A stretch of 64,000 nucleotides of DNA from Octopus sinensis. Lineage: Eukaryota. The notes under the pieces were generated by a model. It made no database searches and was not told where the DNA came from. It saw only the letters and a program-made list of their open reading frames with translations. Positions 56,676 to 64,000 of the stretch are shown here, in pieces. Position 1 is the stretch's first letter. The number at the start of each line of letters is the position of its first letter. The translations under genes and the position numbers were made by a program. The DNA is taken from assembly GCF_006345805.1 (NCBI RefSeq), contig NC_043003.1, positions 83,514,001-83,578,000 on the forward strand, in the 5' to 3' direction.

Positions 56676-56677
<2 letters not shown>
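56066..56677. mobile_element. Non-coding fold-back element: 233-bp arms (56097-56329 / 56445-56677), 115-nt spacer, (TA)n on both sides
   Basis: Arms are reverse complements with about 4 differences counted by eye; the left copy is longer at both ends and carries an intact hammerhead. Confidence 0.92.
56282..56361 (-). ncRNA. Type I hammerhead ribozyme, GUC triplet, extended stem II, palindromic stem III
   Basis: Minus strand AUG-UU-UGG CUGAUGA AGAU.agau.CAAG.u.AUAUGU(GUGCAG)ACAUAU.CUUG.aaaa.AUCU GAA ACCG(GCGC)CGGU C^CCA-CAU. All core nucleotides present; predicted cut between 56288 and 56287. Confidence 0.88.
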
Positions 56678-56736
<59 letters not shown>

Positions 56737-57708
56737 ATATTTCGGAATGGTCATATTGCCAGTTCAGCCAATAAAAACACACGCACTATATATTTGGTGT
56801 TATTTTGCTTCAGTGATATTTATTTTTTACATTAATCTTAATCTTATTTCGGCCAAAGTTCTTTCGTCACACTCCTGTGACCGCATCAGTGGTCCTTTGT
56901 TTTCTTCTCACTTATTTGTGTCTCTCCTTACTAACCGTCAGCCATTTTGTATTTCTATTGCATGTCTTCATTTGCGCATGCTTATATCTCTATGTGCGTC
57001 TATGTTTATTTAGTGTGTGTGGGGGGGATGCCTGTAATATTTGTATCTTCTGTTTATATACATTCTTGTAATTTGTATATTGTTTTTGTTGTTGTTGCTT
57101 TTGTTCTAAGTTTGTTCATGTGTTTACATCCACCCATTATTGTCATTACATATGCTGTATGTATGTATAACAACAATAATAGTAATAATAATAATAAATC
57201 TAATCGAAAAAAAAAAAAATATATATATATATATATACACACACATATACACATATACATATATATATATATACACATATACATACATAGATATATATAC
57301 ATATATATAGTTATTCATTTCTATCTGTTCATTTATCTGTGTATTTATTATGTTTTCAGGATCCTCTATCGTCATATGTTGTGGTGTGTGCTATTGCTCC
57401 ATTCTAGTTTTCTATTCAGGCTAGGTTTATTTTCTATTATATGTGTAGCTTCTGTAATTTGTCTAATTGTTGCATCTGTTCTATGTGTGGACAATATCTT
57501 AATCTCTATGTTATTGATTGATCCCCCGTGTTCCTGTTCGGCGTGTTGGTACAGAATCGATGAGCTTTTACCTTCCTTGAGTTGTCTCCAATGTTCATTC
57601 ACCCGCTCTCCAATGCTTCTTGCTGTTTCCCCTACGTATGTTACTGTCTTGTTACTGCATCGTCCCTCTATACATCTTATACTATAGACTACATTTCTGG
57701 CTTTACAG

Positions 57709-58126
57709 AATTGGTAGAACCTATCCTTTTAGTAGAACCCTCTGTACGGATAACTATTGCACTGTATGTAGATTTAGCCCACAAACAAACTGTAAAGCCA
57801 GAAATGTAGTCTATAGTATAAGATGTATAGAGGGACGATGCAGTAACAAGACAGTAACATACGTAGGGGAAACAGCAAGAAGCATTGGAGAGCGGGTGAA
57901 TGAACATTGGAGACAACTCAAGGAAGGTAAAAGCTCATCGATTCTGTACCAACACGCCGAACAGGAACACGGGGGATCAATCAATAACATAGAGATTAAG
58001 ATATTGTCCACACATAGAACAGATGCAACAATTAGACAAATTACAGAAGCTACACATATAATAGAAAATAAACCTAGCCTGAATAGAAAACTAGAATGGA
58101 GCAATAGCACACACCACAACATATGA
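57709..58126 (+). CDS. Penelope-type GIY-YIG endonuclease domain, open to the stop codon but 5'-truncated (no RT)
   Basis: CTDNYCTVC...CKARNVVYSIRC..C....YVGETARSIGERVNEH....SSILYQHAEQEH...IKIL....R.I.EA..I...KPSLNRK: Cys-rich linker plus the V-Y / Y-GET-R-R-EH pattern of the Penelope endonuclease. Confidence 0.9.
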
Positions 58127-58601
58127 CGATAGAGGATCCTGAAAACATAATAAATACACAGATAAATAAACAGATAGAAATGAATAACTATATATATGTA
58201 TATATATATCTATGTATGTATATGTGTGTATATATATATGTATATGTGTATATATGTGTGTATATATATATATATTTTTTTTTTTCGATTAGATTTATTA
58301 TTACTATTACTATTATTGTTGTTATACATACATACAAGCATATGTAATGACAATAATGGGTGGATGTAAACACATGAACAAACTTAGAACAAAAGCAACA
58401 ACAACAAAAACAATATACAAATTACAAGAATGTATATAAACAGAAGATACAAATATTACAGGCATCCCCCACACACACACACACTAAATAAACATAGACG
58501 CACATAGAGATATAAGCATGCGCAAATGAAGACATGCAATAGAAATACAAAATGGCTGACGGTTAGTAAGGAGAGACACAAATAAGTGAGAAGAAAACAA
58601 A

Positions 58602-58646
58602 GGACCACTGATGCGGTCACAGGAGTGTGACGAAAGAACTTTGGCC
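58602..58646 (+). ncRNA. Variant minimal hammerhead-like motif in the Penelope 3' UTR (mirror copy at 56851-56895, minus strand)
   Basis: GG-A-CCA CUGAUGC G GUCAC(AGGAGU)GUGAC GAA AG(AA)CU U^UGG-CC: three stems close correctly, but core A9 is C and stem III is only 2 bp. Confidence 0.55.
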
Positions 58647-58818
58647 GAAATAAGATTAAGATTAATGTAAAAAATAAATATCACTGAAGCAAAATAACAC
58701 CAAATATATAGTGCGTGTGTTTTTATTGGCTGAACTGGCAATATGACCATTCCGAAATATAACAATATCTGTTTCAACACACGACTTCACATAAAAAATC
58801 TTGCACAACAAATATTTA

Positions 58819-58913
<95 letters not shown>

Positions 58914-58928
58914 TATATATATATACAC

Positions 58929-59024
58929 ACGTGTAGCCGCAATGGCCCAGTGGTTAGGGCAGCGGACTCCCAGACCGGGCGTTGTGAGTGATTATTGAGC
59001 GAAAACACCTCACCTCAAGCTCCA
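58929..59024 (+). repeat. Inverted duplicate of the SINE B head at 55947-56037
   Basis: Shares the private deletion and the GTGTAGCCGCAATGG start with the 55947-56037 copy. Confidence 0.9.
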
Positions 59025-60150
59025 TAAATGTACTTGCGAAGTTCGAATTTGATTTAATGAAGAGGACGATAAATCGAATGAAAAATGATTCATAAGGAAT
59101 CTAGATCATGTTTGCTAACCAACCACATGGTTCCGGGTTCAGTCCCACTGCGTGGCATCTTGGGCAAGTGTCTTCTGCTACAGCCCCGGGCCGACCAATG
59201 CCATGTGAGTGGATTTGGTAGACGGAAACATGTATAAATGTATACATGTATATATATGTGTGTGTGTGTGTATGTGTTTGTGTGTCTGTGTTTGTCCCCC
59301 TAGCATTGCTTGACAACCGATGCTGGTGTGTTTACGTCCCCGTCACTTAGCGGTTCGGCAAAAGAGACCAATAGAATAAGTACTGGGCTTACAAAGAATA
59401 AGTCCCGGGGTGGATTTGCTCGACTAAAGGCGGTGCTCCAGCATGGCCGCAGTCAAATAACTAAAACAAGTAAAAGAGTAAAAGAGAGTATGTATAAAAT
59501 CTATGTATAAAACTTACGGCTGTTTCGAAAAGATATAAGTTGCTATGGGCGAGCTAACTCCACACATATGATACACACGCGAAGAATTGCGATTTATACA
59601 CGAAGGAAGCGATCCACGTAATCCGAGCCAACAAAAATAGTTTATTTAATACGATATCTGACGTTATAATTACCTGTAGACACAAATATGTTTCAACGTT
59701 TAAATTTTTCAAAAATGATTAAACTATAGGATTCTAATTTAGCCTTACTTCATATTATGGACTCTTCTAAAACTTTATATTATATATAACGTTGTAATAT
59801 ACTTTATATTATATATAGTGTCGTAGTACATTTTAGCATTTTAACATCATATGCCCGAAGAGAATGGTCCAATCAAACATTCGATTTTAAATAAAAATAA
59901 GTTAACCCACCATTTCTTTTGAAGGCTTTAACCTTGTGATTCCAGTAACTCTGATGAGAGAAATATAGAGTATTGCTATGGTTGGCGTTAGCTCGCCCAT
60001 AGCAACCTATATCATTTCGAAACGGCCATATGACTTTAGACATAGATTTTATACGTGTTCTAGATTCCTTATGAATCATTTTACATTTGCTTTATCCTCC
60101 TCTTCGTTGATTTAAATTCGAACATTTCGAGTTCGCAAGTACATTTATGG
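59022..60150. mobile_element. MITE/fold-back DNA element with ~170-bp diverged TIRs; left TIR split by a family A SINE (59111-59488)
   Basis: CCATAAATGTACTTGCGAA...GATTCATAAGGAATCTAGA [SINE] TGTATAAAATCTATG...GTTGCTATGGGCGAGCTAAC versus reverse complement of 59980-60150. Confidence 0.82.
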
Positions 60151-60212
60151 TCTTATATTTTTATATATTTATATTTATGAATTTTTGTGTTTACGTGAAT
60201 GCATCTATATAT

Positions 60213-60262
<50 letters not shown>

Positions 60263-60264
60263 CA

Positions 60265-60297
<33 letters not shown>

Positions 60298-60324
60298 TTA
60301 TATATGTGTGTATATATTTATATC

Positions 60325-60375
<51 letters not shown>

Positions 60376-60578
60376 TATATATATATATATAATATATATA
60401 TATATAGATATATATATATATATAGATATATATATATATAGATATATATATATATAGCGGAGTGAATGCGCTTAGCAGTGTTTACGTATAATCATAATTT
60501 AGGTTAGTTGATGTGACAAACATATTTCAACTAACCTAGATTATGAATATAAATATAAATACATCTATACATATAGAA

Positions 60579-60655
<77 letters not shown>

Positions 60656-60787
60656 ATTTAATGTATAAAGGGTAAAAATACGAGTTACTAATATTATCTT
60701 TATACTGTTTACATTAAATGATATTTATCTCTCACTGGATGAAATACTGCTTTGTTTTTTCTTACCGTAACGGAAAAGTGTACATAC

Positions 60788-60897
<110 letters not shown>

Positions 60898-62833
60898 ACA
60901 CACACACATATATAAACACGTGCGATCGTACTTGTTTGTGCGTGTTTGTGTGTCTGGTTGTCTCTCTGTCTGTATCACTGTCTGTCTCTCTGCCCGTCTC
61001 TCTGTCTGTTTCTCTGTCTGTGTGCGCGGGGGTGAAGGTGTGTGCAGCACCAAATAAAAATTTATTAATTAAACTCGGCGCCAGTAAAATGTAGTTATCT
61101 CCCATGCATTTGATTCATATTTCTCTCCCTTGATATTTCATAGTTGCCTCCCTTATTTTAATAAATGATAATTCTGAAGGTCTTGGAAGAATATTGAAAT
61201 TGTATTATTTTATTACCAATTTAAATTTTCGGGATTATGTTTCGAGTTTACTCTATGGATTTCATTTTCAATTACCACAGTAGTTGTGAATTGTGGCATG
61301 TTTGCATAATTTCTCCACAATCAACTAATTAATGTTGATTCCGGAGCAATACAAAGAATTGTCATTATCACGTACAAAAATTATCATCACCTGATTTTGA
61401 AGCCTGTTTTATAGGTCAACCAACACACGAAACTCTCAGCCCTTGAGTCACTTTGTAATTTGTTCCGAAAATTAATCATAAGCATGTGGGGTGGGGGTTA
61501 TATGTCTGCTCACTCTTGGTGCTACTGGTAACATATTATTCAGTATAACTTGTTTGGTCAGGCTGTTGGCAACTAAACCGGTAATCCTACTTGGCAAGGT
61601 GGGCGTTTTTTTGTTTAACAGCCTGCTGGATGAATAACAAAAATTGTCAAAGGTGAAGATGAACTCAGAGTCAATGGTCGTCCAACAGCTGGGAGTGAGA
61701 GACCCTCTTGTCTTTGTATATTCTATACGAAAGAGACTACTGAAAAAGCTTGAGCTATAAAAGTATGTACGTAGTTGTATGAATTGCGTTTTTTTAAGAT
61801 CTGATATATTATGTCTTCTGTTAAATGAATTCAGGATGGATAATAATAAACAAATCCAAAGACAAGTTGCAATTGACTGCAAAGAAATATTTATTACTAT
61901 TGCTATAATTTGATACAGCAAACTAGTAAAACATTAATAATTGTCAATACATTGTATAGTTTTAAATGCTCATATGAATTAAGGTAGGAAGGTTAGAGAA
62001 ACCTGAAATACAGCATCACAAAAATTCTGCCTACGATTCTATTCAAGTATTGTTAAGATGGGAAGCATAACGTCAAAGATTGTGATTCGAATTTTGTTGA
62101 AGCTGAAAACTGCAAAGTGTAATCAAACTGATCTCACATGAAGGTGTCAGATCGCTCGTAGCAAAACTCTCCTCTCTCTGGTGACATAGAGGGAACCAGT
62201 GGGACAAAACTTCCCATATAGCAGATGAACAGATGCTAGGCTAGTCTATCACATTAAAGGGGTCGACGGTTCAAGCAAAACTAATTGGATCCGACCATCA
62301 CGTGGTGAGTCAAAATGAGCAGTTAAAAGTTTTTTAAAAATCACAAAGCGGGCAGCTAAAGTTCAAGAGCAATTATTCTTCAGCTACAAAACAAAGGGAA
62401 TACTGAAAAACAACCGCTTCACTGCAAAACGGGACATCTTTATTTCCTAGTTTCTAGATTACTTAGCTTTGTAGGTGAGAGATTTAGCAGTGTTATGCAA
62501 GTTGTTATTCACTTCAAATTTCATCTCGAGTGTTGATGACAGCCGTCGTCTTTAATATCTAGGATAATTTTTCAGTGATGTTCATAATCGTTTACGAATT
62601 GACCGCATACATACATGTATGTATGTATGTATGTATGCATGCATGCACGCACGCATGCAGGTAGGTATGTATGTGTAACGGATTTATTTGATTAGTTACT
62701 CAATATTATGATATGTTGTGGTCAGCAGATACAACGATAAAAAGTTGTTGTAATTGCATGTTGTAAGGTGTGAATGATGAACAATGCATGAAGTTTTAGG
62801 GAAATATTTATTTACCGTTACGTTACAATACCT

Positions 62834-63067
62834 ATTTCTTTATTACCCACAAGGGGCTAAACATAGAGGGGACAAACAAGGACAGACATAGGTATTAAGT
62901 CGATTACATCGACCCCAGTGCGTAACTGGTACTTAATTTATCGACCCCGAAAGGATGAAAGGCAAAGTCGACCTCGGCGGAATTTGAACTCAGAACGTTA
63001 CGCAGACGAAATACCACTAAGCATTTCGCCGGGCGGGCTAACGTTTCTGCCAGCTCGCCGCCTTACT
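62834..63067 (-). mobile_element. SINE family C, full length with TSD
   Basis: Head AAGGCGGCGAGCTGGCAGAAACGTTAGC...GTTCTGAGTTCAAATTCC; core GACTTTGCCTTTCATCCTTTCGGGGTCGATAAATTAAGTACCAG (resembles the Meta/MESC SINE domain as I recall it); 11-bp TSD TTACAATACCT at 62823-62833 and 63068-63078. Confidence 0.9.
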
Positions 63068-64000
63068 TTACAATACCTTGCCTCGACGAGGAGGTTATGA
63101 TAAATCCAAAAGCATGCGAAGTAAAGTTTGGTGCGGTAGAATGTTTCATTACATAGTTTGGCGTATACGAATAGTTAGTAGTAATCCACAGATAGCGATA
63201 GAATGATGTTGTAAGAGAACAGAATTAGAGCTAGAGAGAATTGTAGGGTGTTGTCTCACAGTTGCTTTCTCCCTCTGACCAAGGTTGGTCAGCCAGACCT
63301 TGTTGAGTCGTCACCGACTGGTGACTAGCTGATTTTTGTTTGGGGTATTCTTGCTTTTATAACAATCCAGAAGGATAGACATACCATTGAAAACAATAGA
63401 TTTAGTTGGTGGTCTTGTTATCTCTATTCTATCTTTTGGTGAAGTAGAAGAGGTTAGAAAGGGTCAAGTGGTGAAGGCATTATTTCGGCCTAGCTAAAGG
63501 CATCTGGAAGATGTAAAACTGCTGTCAGAGAAAAACCATTGTTCCATCGTGGGAAAAGTTCTGTTGCAGTGTTAATTTAAATTTGGGTATGGTGGATCGA
63601 ATCCACTTCATGCATGCAAGATTCACTACATACATGTATGTATGTATGTATGTATGTATGCATCCATGCATGCATGTATGTCATTGTTTGGTTTTATTTC
63701 AAGATTTCTTGCCAATAGAAAAGGAGCCGGCAATTTAGCTTGAAAAGGTACATTAATGTGCCAAATTTTAAAATTTTCGATAAACTTCAATTTTTGAAAT
63801 GCTGGCAACCAAACGAACTAGATCCGTATTTGCTCCAGTAAAGATGTGTAATCGGACTCTGCGCTATTGACTTCTCTTTGAAAATACCATGCTGCCTTTC
63901 TGTCGCCGTCTGTAGATATTCGTTTTCACATTTTCACTTTACTGATGCCTCCAGCCAAGAAAATTTGTCGACAGTACAGTAGTGATTATTTATCATTTAG

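Larger units (their letters stand above)
56731..58822. mobile_element. Penelope-like element 3' portion as a ~980-bp fold-back (arms 56731-57708 / 57790-58767, 81-bp spacer)
   Basis: Arms are near-identical reverse complements; the right copy extends 81 nt further 5' and 55 nt further 3'; both outer ends abut (TA)n. Confidence 0.95.

Noticed and set aside
56447-57687. ORFs of 188 and 246 aa in the fold-back region
   Set aside because: Antisense or UTR read-through across microsatellites; only 57709-58126 has real GIY-YIG homology.
61472-61921. 149-aa minus-strand ORF, and faint Tc1-like words on the plus strand
   Set aside because: No convincing motif set in any frame.

Overview
Repeat-saturated, AT-rich animal genomic DNA. 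The SINE families, (TA)n/(TG)n/(TATG)n load and transposon mix look like an octopus/coleoid cephalopod genome (recognised from memory, not database-checked). I found no intact host gene, rRNA, tRNA or CRISPR array, and almost all ORF-track entries are microsatellite translations. Real coding relics: mariner (2.7, 16.6, 31.2, 46.7 kb), Gypsy gag-pro-RT (14.2-15.6 kb), RTE LINE (39-40.3 kb), hAT Buster/Charlie-type (44.1-44.6 kb), CR1/L2-group LINE pieces (49.8-55.1 kb) and two Penelope-like elements (45.2-46.2 kb; 56.7-58.8 kb). The main signal is RNA-level. Two hammerhead ribozymes with complete cores can be folded by hand: 28090-28134 (-), inside a non-coding 353-bp tandem unit with retrozyme-like architecture, and 56282-56361 (-), inside a non-coding 233-bp fold-back. 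A variant minimal hammerhead lies in the 3' UTR of a GIY-YIG Penelope fragment that forms a ~1-kb near-perfect palindrome. The 55.9-59.0 kb block is a nested set of inverted duplications in (TA)n tracts. All folds are manual and none is shown to cleave.
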